From assembly GCF_006345805.1 (NCBI RefSeq), contig NC_043005.1, forward strand, positions 16,802,001-16,866,000: a stretch of DNA of 64,000 nucleotides. The letters are read 5' to 3'. Numbering within the stretch: position 1 is the stretch's first letter; each line of letters opens with the position of its first letter. Position numbers and translations under genes: made by a program. The stretch is from Octopus sinensis. Its lineage: Eukaryota. Under the pieces are notes generated by a model that saw nothing but the letters and a program-made list of their open reading frames with translations, had not been told where the DNA came from and made no database searches. This document shows, in pieces, positions 52,253-64,000 of this stretch.

Positions 52253-53020
52253 TTTAGACAGCGAGATGGTGTGATGAGGAGTGTTGATCAATTTTGGAGA
52301 TTTTCATTAAAAATTTGAAATTAAAATTTTTTTTTTTTCTCCCCATATTCTTAATCTCAGTATTTTTCCATGTAGATTGGAAAAAAAAATTTAACAAAAA
52401 AAAAAAAAACCCAGCCTACTAGGTGTAAAAAGTTTGCGCAAACTAACGTGGGGGTGGGGAGAGGACTTTCGAAAAATTCACAAGATCCAATTTTTCACTC
52501 ATAACTTTCAGGAAAATAGATTGATTGAGTTTTATAGAAATTTCTGGGGGAAATTTTTTCCAGAGGGGTGGGGAGAGGATTATCTGAAAGGTGTTTCTGT
52601 AAAATATCATTAAAAGATATCCAAAAACGGATTATGTGAATTTTCAAGCAGCATAGATTACGATTATAAGAAAATTTGTGGGGAAAATATTTTCTGAAAA
52701 GGTGGGGGGAAGGACTGTCGTAAAGTTCACACGATCCGTTTTTTTCCCCCTCGTAACTTTCAGGATCTAGTTTAGTGCCCAGTCACCACAGCATTCCCCC
52801 CACCACCACCACCACCATGCTAAAAACCAGATTTTCAAAATTTTTAATTCCCCCCCTCAAATTTTTTTTTCTTATCAAAAAATTTTTTAAAAATCTACAT
52901 GGAAAAATACTGAGATTAAGAATATGGGGGGGAGGGAAACAAATTTTAATTTAAAATTTTTTATGAAAATCTCCAAAATTGATCAACACTCTCCTCATCA
53001 CCCCATCCCGCTGTCTAAAA
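52253..53020. mobile_element. Foldback-type element with ~125-bp inverted arms
   Basis: 52253-52378 is the reverse complement of about 52892-53020; the interior has repeated GGGGTGGGGAGAGGA...TAACTTTCAGGA blocks. Confidence 0.75.
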
Positions 53021-53529
53021 GTGAAAATAAACGGCTGTTTTTTCTGTTTCCGCATGCATAGATTTATAGTGAAACAGAAAAAGAATAACGGCATGTGAAG
53101 CCCTCACCATGAAACTTGATATGCTAAAAATAACAGCTAAATGTCTAGCAAATTTTTGTGCTTGTGTGTGCATGCTTGCAACAATTTCTATAGCTTATCC
53201 GAATGAACAGAGAAAGTGCACAGAAATATATTTTACACACCTGTCGTATTCGTTAGTTTTGTTTTTTCACTTTAAAGGTAAACAATTCTGATAGAAGTAA
53301 TTACCTTACTGTCAAGTCATTGGATTAATCTCAACAAAATACTACAAGTTTAGTCACTGGCTCAGCACCTATGTTTGTGTTCTTCATTCCAAAATAATAA
53401 TAACTTTAACATACTTCCAAAATGGTAGGACTGAACCTGGAACCATGTGGTTGGGAAGTAAGCTTCTTACCACACAGCTACTCCTGTGCCTATTATGTTA
53501 AAGTTTTTCATAATTTTGGAATGAAGAAC

Positions 53530-54480
53530 ACAGTCAACCTCTACAAAAGTAAAGGTGACACATTAGATATAAATAATTACAGAGGTATCAAATTGTTGGA
53601 TCAGGTAATGAAAGTCATGATGAGGGTCATAGCTCAACTAATCAGGGAGAGAGTTAGTTTAGTTTAGACAAGATGCTGTTTGGGTTTGTGCCAGTGGGAA
53701 ACACCACTGATGCTATATTTCTGGTAAGACAGCTGCAGGAGAAATTCCTAGCCAAAGATAAACCTCTGTACTCTGGCTTTTGTTGACATGGAGAAAGGCT
53801 TTGACAGGGTCTCCTGATCCCTTATCTAGTGGTCAATGCTGAAACTAGGGATAGATGAGTAGTTATTGAAAGCTGTTCAATGCTGTCAGTAAGGTGAGGG
53901 TTGGCAATGAGTATAGTGAAGAATTCTGGGTAGGGGTGGGGTCCACCAAAGATCAGTCCTCAGCCCCCTCTTATTCATCATAGTCCTCCAGGCAATAACA
54001 GAGGAATTCAAAACAGGATGCCCTTGGGAGCTCCTCTATGTTGATGACCTTGCTCTAGTAGCTGAGTCACTTTCAGAACTAGAGAAGTTTCAGGTGTGGA
54101 AGCAAGGCCTAGAATTGAAGGGCCTTAGAGTCAAACTAGCAAAAAGTCCTAGTAAGTAGGAAGGCAGGCAAATCACAAATCCCTTCAGGTAGATAGCCCT
54201 GCTCGATTTTTAGAAAAGGCATAGGTAGAAACTCCATAAGATGTACCCAATGTAAGCTATGGACACATAAGAGATGCAGCAATATCAAAGAAAGGCTAAC
54301 TGGGAAGACAGTTTCTGTGTGTGGCAGATGCACAGGGGCAATAAACATTGAAAATGTACAGAAAACAGCTTCCATCACTTGCAAGTGGGAAAAACTAGAA
54401 GTGGTTGATAGCTTCCATTACCTAGGTAACCAAGTCAGTTTTTGGGGAGGATGCTCTGAGAGCATAGCTGCTAGAATAAG
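53530..54480 (+). pseudogene. Decayed RTE-clade LINE reverse transcriptase fragment
   Basis: YKSKGD..NNYRGIKLL, TTDAIFLVRQLQEK, AFVDMEKGFDRV, GVHQRSVLSPLLF, LLYVDDL and LEVVDSFHYLG in order, with stops and frameshifts. Confidence 0.92.
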
Positions 54481-54481
54481 A

Positions 54482-54626
54482 AGTCGACTTTGCCTTTCAT
54501 CCTTTCAGGGTCGATAAATTAACTACCAGTTATGCACTGGGATCGATGTAATCGACTTAATCCCTTTGTCTGTCCTTGATTGTCCCCTCTGTTTAGCCCC
54601 TTGTGGGCAATAAAGAAATAAGAAAT
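54482..54626 (+). mobile_element. SINE family B 3' fragment
   Basis: GTCGACTTTGCCTTTCATCC...CAATAAAGAAATAAGAAAT; ends about 37 nt before the afadin acceptor. Confidence 0.85.
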
Positions 54627-54663
54627 AATTTTTTTATTGATTCTATTTTCTCTTTCTTTACAG

Positions 54664-54856
54664 AACCTCGAGTTCCATGGGGTTATGCGATTCTTCTTTC
54701 AAGATGCTGGCGCCAAGGTTGCAACTAAATGCATCCGGGTGTCCAGCACTGCAACTGCCAAAGAGGTAATTGATGTCCTTATAGAAAAATTCCGTCCGGA
54801 TATGCGAATGTTGACGCAGAGCAATTATAATCTGTATGAAGTTCACCCAAATTTAG
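54664..54856 (+). CDS. AFDN: Internal coding exon of afadin/canoe (first Ras-association domain)
   Basis: Translates NLEFHGVMRFFFQDAGAKVATKCIRVSSTATAKEVIDVLIEKFRPDMRMLTQSNYNLYEVHPNL, matching the afadin RA1 signature LEFHGVMRF.FQD...ATKCIRVSSTAT...EKFRPDMRML. A polypyrimidine tract and CAG acceptor end at 54663 (phase 0); donor G|GTAAG at 54856/54857 (phase 1). No neighbouring exon was recognised in the window. Confidence 0.95.
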
Positions 54857-56365
54857 GTAAGATTTCACTACAATCACTCCAAAACTCTTAAGCTTTGTCT
54901 TCAACTTGTTGATATTTCTTGTTTATTTAATGTTTGCTGGTGTTGGGATGTGGTGCATATATTATCCACATGTGCATATATTCAAGCACACACCCTAGCA
55001 TGCGATTATACATGTTTTATACATGTGCGTAGACAGACACCCACGCACATGAAGTTTGTAGGTTGATTATATTCCACATGTCTTTTAATAACATTTGTTT
55101 TTTTCTACTCATACATATGTTTATATTTTACAATCAGCTGTTAGAATTACTGCTGGCTTGGTTGGTACCATGCCTGTCAACCAAAAGGTTACAGGTTTGT
55201 GTTAATAGCCAAATGAATGTTTCTTCATATCTCTTACTGTTTTAGCTCTGTTCTAGCCTTAATCCAGCAGATCTGTAATCATAGACATTCAAACCATGAC
55301 CATATTTTCTGTTTGTTGGTCATTATATTGTCCAGTGTGCTCCTCTTTAAGACTATATGATTTGAAGGAAATTTAGCTGCTCATTGGACCAAAACTGTTT
55401 AGTCTCAGGTCAGCACAAAGGAAAGACAGTCGGTCCATTTATGACCCTTGCACCTTTTTCCAATGTGTAGTGAACCAAGGAAGACTTGACTGCTATTTCA
55501 AGCGGCTTGAGCAACTACATATAGGCTCCCTTATTTGTATCTTGTTACAGTTTACTGTCAAGATTTTGATATTTAGATTTGTAGCAGTTATTTAGTTAAA
55601 AGTTGATTTTTGGCCAAAGTAGAGTACCACTGTTATATTGGTACTGCAATTGGTGCTAAAGTTAGAAACTGTTGGATCTTATATGATGATGGATAACAGG
55701 AACCAACTAGCCAGAGATTGGCACTGAAGTCTAGTGTTTGCATTAGAATGGTTTCTACAGCTGGATGCCCTTCCTAATGCCTATCACTTCATGTACTAGA
55801 TGCTTTCTTGGTGCACTGCTTTCTTTTGTAGCACTAGCACTGGAGTATCTTGCGAAATAAGATTCCTATAGTGTTGGGGGCATGCAGGATAAGACCCCTG
55901 TAGTGTTGGGGGAGATGGAAGAAACATACTTTGCTGAAGATAAAATTTGCGGCTTCCCTTGCTCTTGTTATTTGTAAATCTGTTTTAGTAGGGAGCTTTA
56001 AACTGTTTTTAGATATAATTTTGCTTACAATGATTGTTTCCTGTATGTTCATCCATAGGAAATATATTTATGATTCAGCTCTGATATTAGGTAACCTGAA
56101 AAAAAGCACCCGGTACACTCTGTAAAGTGGTTGGTGTTAGCAAGGGTATCCAGCCATAGAAACCATGCCAAAGCAGACATTGCCGTGCGATGCAGTCCTT
56201 TGGCATGTCAGATTCTGCTAAATCTTCTAACTCATGCCAGCATGGAACACAGACGTTAAAATGATGATTACTCAGAGTATTACAAGGTATTATAATGACT
56301 GAAACATTTAATACCTGCTTGAGGTGTCTTTGTAAATCTTACTGAAAGAAATTTTTTTTAGAATT

Positions 56366-56676
56366 CATCATCATCATCATTTAGCGTCCGCTCTCCATGC
56401 TAGCATGGGTTGGACGGTTTAACTGGGGTCTGTGAAGCCAGAAGGCTTCATCAGGCCCAGTCAGGTTTGGCAGTGTTTCTACGGCTGGATGCCCTTCCTA
56501 ACGCCAACCACTCCGTGAGTGTAGTGGGTGCTTTTTACGTGCCACCTGCACAGGTGCCAGACAGAGCTGGCAAACGGCCACGAACGGATGGTGTTTTTAC
56601 GTGCCACCGGCACGGGGGCCAGGCGAGGCTGGCAACGGACACGAATGGATGGTGCCTTTATGTGCTACCGGCACGG
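56366..56676 (-). mobile_element. Retroposon family D
   Basis: (CAT)n followed by a body nearly identical to the reverse complement of 34765-35041. Confidence 0.85.
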
Positions 56677-58189
56677 TAAAAAAAAAAAAATTTTTTACAT
56701 CCAGTTTGAGATTCAACTGAATGATAAATGCAGAGATCCAATTTTCAGTGGCAGAAGTTTCTGGATTTACATTAATTTAATCAATGTAGAGTCTCATTTC
56801 TGAAAATGATAGTGTGATTTGAGAGAGATTTGGCTGCTGTTTTTAGCAGTCAGCAATAGGGTGGAAACTTTTTAGATTATATAGTTCATCTAAGTCGGTC
56901 AGTCAGTCAGTCACAGCATAACTATTTTATTATCATCAATGTGAAATACACAGAACTTACAGAACTTACAACATGAGCAATATCAGCAACAATAATGACA
57001 CTAGGGAGACAGATTTATGTAATGGGAGACAGTCAATTAAATCTACCCCAGTATTTGATGATGGAAGGATCAAACATAGTCAGCCTCTATGAAATTTGTG
57101 CATATAATGTAAAAGAGATGGAAATAATTATTGCAAAGCATTTTTGTTAGCTCTGCCGAAACTATCATCCACTACCACCATTTTGTCTGAAAAACGTGAC
57201 CGATTCTATCACTCGCTACTTTATTGGAATAATAGTAATAATGATTTAATATAGGAAGCAGGTCACAAATTTGAGAAACATAATTGATTTGCTCAACTTT
57301 CATACCACCTGATTAATATTTATTTTATTGGCTGTGGAGGTATAAAAGACAAAAGTTGACTTTGATGTGATTTGAACTCAAAGTGTTGAGAGCTATATTA
57401 AATATAGCAATATACCTTGTCTGTGATGTCATTATTTCTACCTTTCTATTGCTTCAGCAGTAATAATATTATGGGGCTTTCATTTTAGTTATTCTGTTAA
57501 GAGAAGAGAAGAGAATGGAGATGGTATCTTTTATTACTTTCATGTTCTCTTATCTTTTACTTTCAAATGTGGTACATATTCTAGAATTTTTGTTTTATTG
57601 TATTGCTAAGCTATGAGGACAAACCAACACCAGTTGCCAAGTAGTAGTTGGTCTCTCTCTCTGTCTGTCTCTCTGTCTCTCTCTCTCTGTCTCTCTTTCT
57701 CTGTGTCTGTCTCTCTCTTTCTGTCTGTCTCTCTCTTTCTCTATCTCTCTCTGTGTCTGTCTCTCTCTCTGTCTCACTCTCTCTCTCACACACACACATG
57801 TGTGCATGAGCCTTCTATTCAGTTTCTGTCTGTCAGATTCACACATTGGTCAGCCTGGGGTTATAATAGAAGACACTTGCTCAAGGTGTTGTGTGGTGGG
57901 ATCAAACCTGGAACCATGTGGTTGAAAAGCAAGCTTCTTAATAACATGGCTGTGCCTAGAGAAAAATTAAAAACAAAATTGTAGGGAATTAGTCAAAGAA
58001 GGAAGGGCAACAGCTATGTTATTTTTAGGTGACCGATGGAGGGGAAAAAGATGTTATCCTCAGACCAGAGACCTGGTCCAAACATTTGCAACAGAATGGC
58101 CTCTGCTAAGGACTTCAGTGGCCAGGTTGAGTTGCACTGGGCAATGGATTATATCTGTCACCCGAGACAAGACTTCACGCCCTCTTTTA

Positions 58190-58399
58190 TCTCTCTTTTA
58201 CTTGTTTCAGTCATTTGACTGTGGCCATGCTGGAGCACTGCCTTTAGACGAGCAAATCAACCCTGGGACTTATTCTTTGTAAGCCCAGTACTTATTCTAT
58301 CGGTCTCTTTTGCCGAACCACTAAGTTACGGGGACGTAAACACACCAGCATCGGTTGTCAAGCGATGTTGGGGGGACAAACACAGACAGACAAACATAT

Positions 58400-58434
<35 letters not shown>

Positions 58435-58601
58435 GACATATATACGACGAGCTTCTTTCAGTTTCCATCTACCAAATCCACTCACAAGGCTTTGGTTGGC
58501 CTGAGGCTATAGTAGAATACACTTGCCCAAGATGCCACGCAGTGGGACTGAACCCGGAACCATGTGGTTGGTAAGCTACTTACCACACAGCCACTCCTGC
58601 A
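58190..58601 (-). mobile_element. SINE family A
   Basis: Full-length copy. Confidence 0.9.
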
Positions 58602-60556
58602 CGTCTTCCAAATTCTACAAGACTTCTATGCAGTGTAATTGAACGTGGAACTACTATGGTTGTAGATTGAACTTCTTAACCACACATCCATGTTCACTTT
58701 GCTGACTTTTGTGTATTAGCGTTGGGAGGCATGGGGGGAATGGAGTAAGTCCCAGTGTGGGATGGATGGGTACAGACTTAATACCGAAGAGGAAGATCGA
58801 GGAGAAATATTTATCACAAGTGGGGATAGAGGTAGGACCTATTGCTCAGGTTGACATGAGGTAAAGAAATATTTCAAATTTAATCTGGTGTCACTTTTTT
58901 TTTTCTTTTATAAATTTATAAATGTCCTCAGTTTTCACTCATCTTGCACTATTTTTCTGTTTTATTGATCTATAATGATCATATTAAAAAAATCAATATT
59001 TTCCTCGTGGAATTAAAATCCAGTCTATAATTAAAACTGTTGCACATTTTTTCTAAAATATTATTTCACTTTTCTAAAGTTAGCTCTGTCTCCTAGTGGA
59101 ACAGACAGTATATTATATAATTCCAAGACAAGATTATGTTAAAAGGGTGGTTACCCTGACACCACTCTTATCTTATCTATCTCTGACGAAAAAAAAAAGA
59201 TTAATAATAATTATTATAATAATAAAAATAGTAAAAATTCTAGCATATTGCTCCTACTTAATACATCCTGGTTAAATGTGGGTGTGTATGTATACACATA
59301 CACACCCACAGTGTCCCCTTCCTCTTACCCAGTTTTATTACTTCATGTGAAGTCAACTAATCCTTCTTTCCCTCAATTAAGAGCTTTATCTCGACCGAAC
59401 ACCATTGCTAATGTCTGGTGCAGATTATCTTTGAATTTAATCCTGTCTTCCTTTTTCTCTCCTCCTGATTCTTCATCTTTGTCAGATGTTCACAAAAACG
59501 TCTTGTTTTAAGCTTCTAATTTTCCTGTCCAATTCATGCTGGCATGGTTAGAAAGCATATAAATACATCGACAGTGGTGGTCACAGCAGTGTTAGTTGTG
59601 GCCATAGTAGTCACAGTGGTAATGCAGTTGATCATGGTAGCAGTTATGATAGTAGTAGTAGAATGTTATTCATCATTATTGTCAACTCTTGGACATTCCT
59701 GCCTTGAGTCCTGAGATTTCTAGGACCAGTTCCTCAGTTTCCATGGCACATAAGTGACAGTCCACAACATTTTCCCTGAATTGGATACTAGTCTACTGCA
59801 GGGTTACACCATTTCCAGCTGAGTGGGCTGGTGCAGCATGAAATGAAGGGTTTTGCTCAAGAACAGAATTTACTGCCCTGTCTAGGAATTGAACCCACAA
59901 TAGTCATGGTAGGAGAGTAATTAGTGATCATAGTGGTAGTAATGTTGATTAGTCCCAGAGTCACTCCTGATCAAACAAGACCCATGATAAAAGACATTCC
60001 ACTTCACCTGGTCATCTTGTCTTTTTGTTTATCTAAGACTACATTTATTGTTTAGTGTTCTCTTTTTAAGAATGTAGGGTGTCATTTAAGAGAAATCTGG
60101 TTGTAATTTTTTGCAGGCTGATTACGTAAAGGCTCCTGGTACTCATAATAATGAATTTGGTGAGATCCAGCCTCTCACACCTACCTTACAATATCATTCT
60201 AAAAATAACAATTACATCATTGAAATCTCAAAGCTACAAGACAATATATGATTAATTCAAAATAATGGGAATAGATAAGCATTACATTTGACAATAATCT
60301 GAATGGTGAAAAGGTGAAAGCATTCTATATTTTGAGTTCAAATTCCTCCATGGTTTACTTGTCTTTCATGCTTCTTGGATCAATAAAATATATACCTGCC
60401 AGAAACTGAGTTTTTATGTCATTTCTGCCTTTTAAATTTGTATACTTTTATTTACAGTTAGAAATTAATAAATTAATAGTGTTGAGAAGGACACAAGATA
60501 TAACTTTAATATAAACAATATCACAAATAATTCAATATTGCACATATCCTATCATT

Positions 60557-61420
60557 GTGTGATATTGTGTATCATCACATCACTGTGATATTGTGTATCA
60601 TCACATCACTGTGATATTGTGTATTATCACATCACTGTGATATTGTGTATTATCACATCACTGCGATATTGTGTATTATCACATCACTGCGATATTGTGT
60701 ATCATCACATCACTGTGATATTGTGTATTATCACATCACTGTGATATTGTGTATTATCACATCACTGTGATATTGTGTATTATCACATCACTGTGATATT
60801 GTGTATTATCACATCACTGCGATATTGTGTATTATCACATCACTGCGATATTGTGTATTATCACATCACTGTGATATTGTGTATTATCACATCACTGCGA
60901 TATTGTGTATTATCACATCACTGCAATATTGTGTATTATCACATCACTGATATTGTGTATTATCACATCACTATGATATTGTGTATTATCATATCACTGT
61001 GATATTGTGTATTATCACATCATGATATTGTGTATTATCACATCACTATGATATTGTGTATTATCATATCACTGTGATATTGTGTATTATCATATCACTG
61101 TGATATTGTGTATTATCATATCACTGTGATATTGTGTATTATCATCACTATGATATTGTGTATTATCACATCGCTGTGATATTGTGTATTATCACATCGC
61201 TGTGATATTGTGTATTATCACATTGCTGTGATATTGTGTATTATCACATCGCTGTGATATTGTGTATTATCACATCGCTGTGATATTGTGTATTATCACA
61301 TCGCTGTGATATTGTGTATTATCACATCGCTGTGATATTGTGTATTATCACATCGCTGTGATATTGTCTATTATCCTATCTCTGTGTGGTATTGTATATC
61401 CATCATCGTGTGTGATATTG
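60557..61420. repeat. 26-bp minisatellite (TGTGATATTGTGTATTATCACATCAC)n, about 32 units
   Basis: Tandem units, each internally palindromic (TGTGATA/TATCACA). Confidence 0.95.
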
Positions 61421-63254
61421 CTTGTCGTCATATCAGCTCTTCTTATTCCTTCACATCACATGATCATTCCTGTAGTCTCTCCTGTGCAAATTATCAGCTG
61501 AGAGACATTCAATATGCAGCCAGTTAATCACAGTTTTAAATTAGAAATGCTTATTTCATTTTTGTGCTTTTTTTTTGTACTTTATTTTTATTCTAGTTAT
61601 TTCTGTTGGATAAGAATTGATTGCTGGCAGTGTGAATCTTGATTGATTTTGATGCAGCTTGTAATGTGTTCCTATTCCATTTGTCCCTCGCTCCATGGTT
61701 TAACAAACAACCTCATCAACTGAAGTGTTATTCCGAGTTAACAAGCAATGCTCTTATAATCCTGGCATTAAGTGGAGGGATTTTTTTTTCCTTGAGTATC
61801 ATTCCGTTTCTCAGCCTAAAGAAAACTTATTCATCTTGGCAAAGATTTTAGTAATAAGATATTTTTCTAGTCTATATTGATCTTAGATGTTTACAGTATA
61901 ACATGTTTGCTTACCGAATTTCTAGAACACCTCCCACTGCTAAGAGCTACCAAAGTTAGTTGAGTCATTGAGGAAGTCTTTGTCTCTCTTATCTGCTAGA
62001 AATAGCAACTGAATAGCTCTAATATCATACCTTACCATCTTAAAAAATAGGACCCATTGCATAATGAGGTCTTAGATTTATTCATTAAAAAGAAAAATTC
62101 TGAAATGGAATGTTTGATTATAGACTTCCTTGAGTGAGAGCTGACCTGGAATTAGACAACTGCCACTAAAGTTAGTAAATTCTACCATTTGTATAGAGAT
62201 GGATGTAAACAATGACTTGCCTATTGTTTTGGGTGGTGTAGTTTATTTGCAGTTCACTGAAGAAGCATGTCCAAGCTTCCTGACATTGCATAATCCTTGT
62301 AAACAAAAGGCTTGTTCATCTGGAGGTGTTTGTTAGATTGAGAGATTATTGCCTCGCTGTATGAGTGATTGTGTGATAAGCAGCTTGCTTTCCAACCATA
62401 TGGTTCCGGGTTCATTCCCACTGCATGGTATCTTGGGCAAGTGTCTTCTACTATAGCCTACCAAACAATCTTAATCTCCATATTTAATCAGCATTAAACT
62501 TTGGCAAGCTTACCTTTATCTATTCTGACTTACTTGAAAGGTGATGTTCCATTCCCTCTCTTATATTTGTTTCACTTTAAGGATGCTTATTTACCCATCC
62601 ATTATATTTCAACTGTTGTCAATTGTTTCAAATATGTTTTAGCATTGTCGTTCTAGCCCCTTTTTAAACAATCGCATATGATTCGTCCCAAAGAATCAAC
62701 CTTTAAAGAAGAGTTTTGCTTCCACTAGTGAAAGCTATACGTATCTTTCAGAAAGCTCCATACCAATTTAACTTTATGTAGCATTTGCTATTACTTCATG
62801 AGCAAGCTATGTGGGAAGACAGAATAAAGGGGCTTTTGTAAGCTTATATCTCCGAAAAAATAGCTCTCTTTGCTGTTGAAAAAAAATAAACTCGCAGAGG
62901 AGAAGTTTCAACATCTTCAGTTTCCTTACACCATTTATGTGGCTGTTTCTGACAAGAAATTCTGTTTCATGTAAAACAACTACATTTTGTAGTCATTATC
63001 CGTAATCTACTCCCAAAACACTTCAGTAGCTCTACTTTACATTGCTTGCAAACTTATATGTTCTATGATTATTAAAGTGCAACGACCTCCACATTAACTA
63101 ACCTTCAGTTTGATTTTCCGTTCCTAGGTTTATTGGAAACCTAGATTGCTGTGCTAATCATAAACCTTCTTGGGAGTTCAATTATTTGAAAAAAAAAATA
63201 CCACCAAAGCAACTTAGGGCGTCCAAAGGACAGCTGTGTTTGCTAGTATAATAA

Positions 63255-63475
63255 GTCCTTTCTATTATAGGCAGGAGGCTTGAAATTTTGGGTTAGAGGT
63301 TAGTTGGTTACATTGATCCCAGTTCTCAACTGGTTACTTATTTCATGAACCTTGAAAGGATGAAAAGCAAAGTAAATAGATCTTGGCAGGGTTTGAACTC
63401 AGAATGAAAATCCAGATGAAAAGCCATTAACCATTTTCCTGAACTCAGAAACAATTCTGCTAGCTTACTGCCCTC
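63255..63475 (-). mobile_element. Diverged SINE of the family B group
   Basis: GAAAGGATGAAAAGCAAAGT and TTTGAACTC are reverse complements of the family B central domain and B box. Confidence 0.6.
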
Positions 63476-63477
63476 AC

Positions 63478-63801
63478 TAGATGATAATGATAATAATAAT
63501 AGTAATAATAATAATAGTAATAATAATAATAGTAGTAGTTATAATAATAATAGTAGTAGTAGTAATAATAATAGTAGTAGTAGTAGTAGTAATAGTAGTA
63601 GTAGTAATAGTAGTAGTAGTAATAGTAGTAGTAGTAATAGTAGTAGTAGTAGTAATAATAGTAATAATAATAGTAGTAGTAGTAATAATAGTAATAATAA
63701 TAGTAGTAGTAGTAATAATAGTAATAATAATAGTAGTAGTAGTAGTAGTAGTATAATAATAATAATATTAGTAATAATAATAATAATGGTGGTAATAATA
63801 A
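63478..63801. repeat. Compound (TAA/TAG)n trinucleotide microsatellite
   Basis: Read directly; explains the poly-Y and poly-I/V ORFs. Confidence 0.97.
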
Positions 63802-64000
63802 TTCTGTGTATTGCAACTTCAAATTGTAAAGTTCACATGTACTCTTAGCTGAATTAACCACCAATTCATTGGAGGGATACAAAGTCAGTCTTGGAAGGGT
63901 TTGAGCTGAGAGGATGTGTGTAGAAGACAAAATTTTGTTGAGCATATAGTTTGGCTCTTTACCATTTTCTTTCAGTTCCTCTAACCTCAATTAATATATA

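Noticed and set aside
54637-54891. ORF-track boundaries for the afadin segment
   Set aside because: The flanking residues are intron sequence; the true limits are the splice sites 54664-54856.

Overview
AT-rich, repeat-dense eukaryotic DNA. The SINE/MITE repertoire suggests an octopus (coleoid cephalopod) genome; this is an inference. I find only one host protein-coding exon: a 193-nt + strand exon (54664-54856) encoding most of the first Ras-association domain of afadin/canoe. The rest looks intronic or upstream. It contains several tRNA-derived SINE families, DNA-transposon derivatives (deleted mariner, hAT-, piggyBac- and Merlin-like MITEs, a Helitron, a MULE remnant), RTE and CR1 LINE fragments, and mini/microsatellites. 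Nearly all supplied ORFs are repeat artefacts. The most notable hidden signal is a set of five sequence-unrelated minimal type-I hammerhead ribozyme motifs of the Penelope-like-element/retrozyme kind (near 2.7/3.0, 9.9, 21.9, 39.2 and 40.0 kb). One of them is fused behind a tRNA-like Pol III head. Also notable are a PHD-like zinc finger inside an RTE reverse transcriptase and minisatellites that arose inside MITEs. All structures were read by eye, not computed, and element boundaries are approximate unless TIRs/TSDs are quoted.
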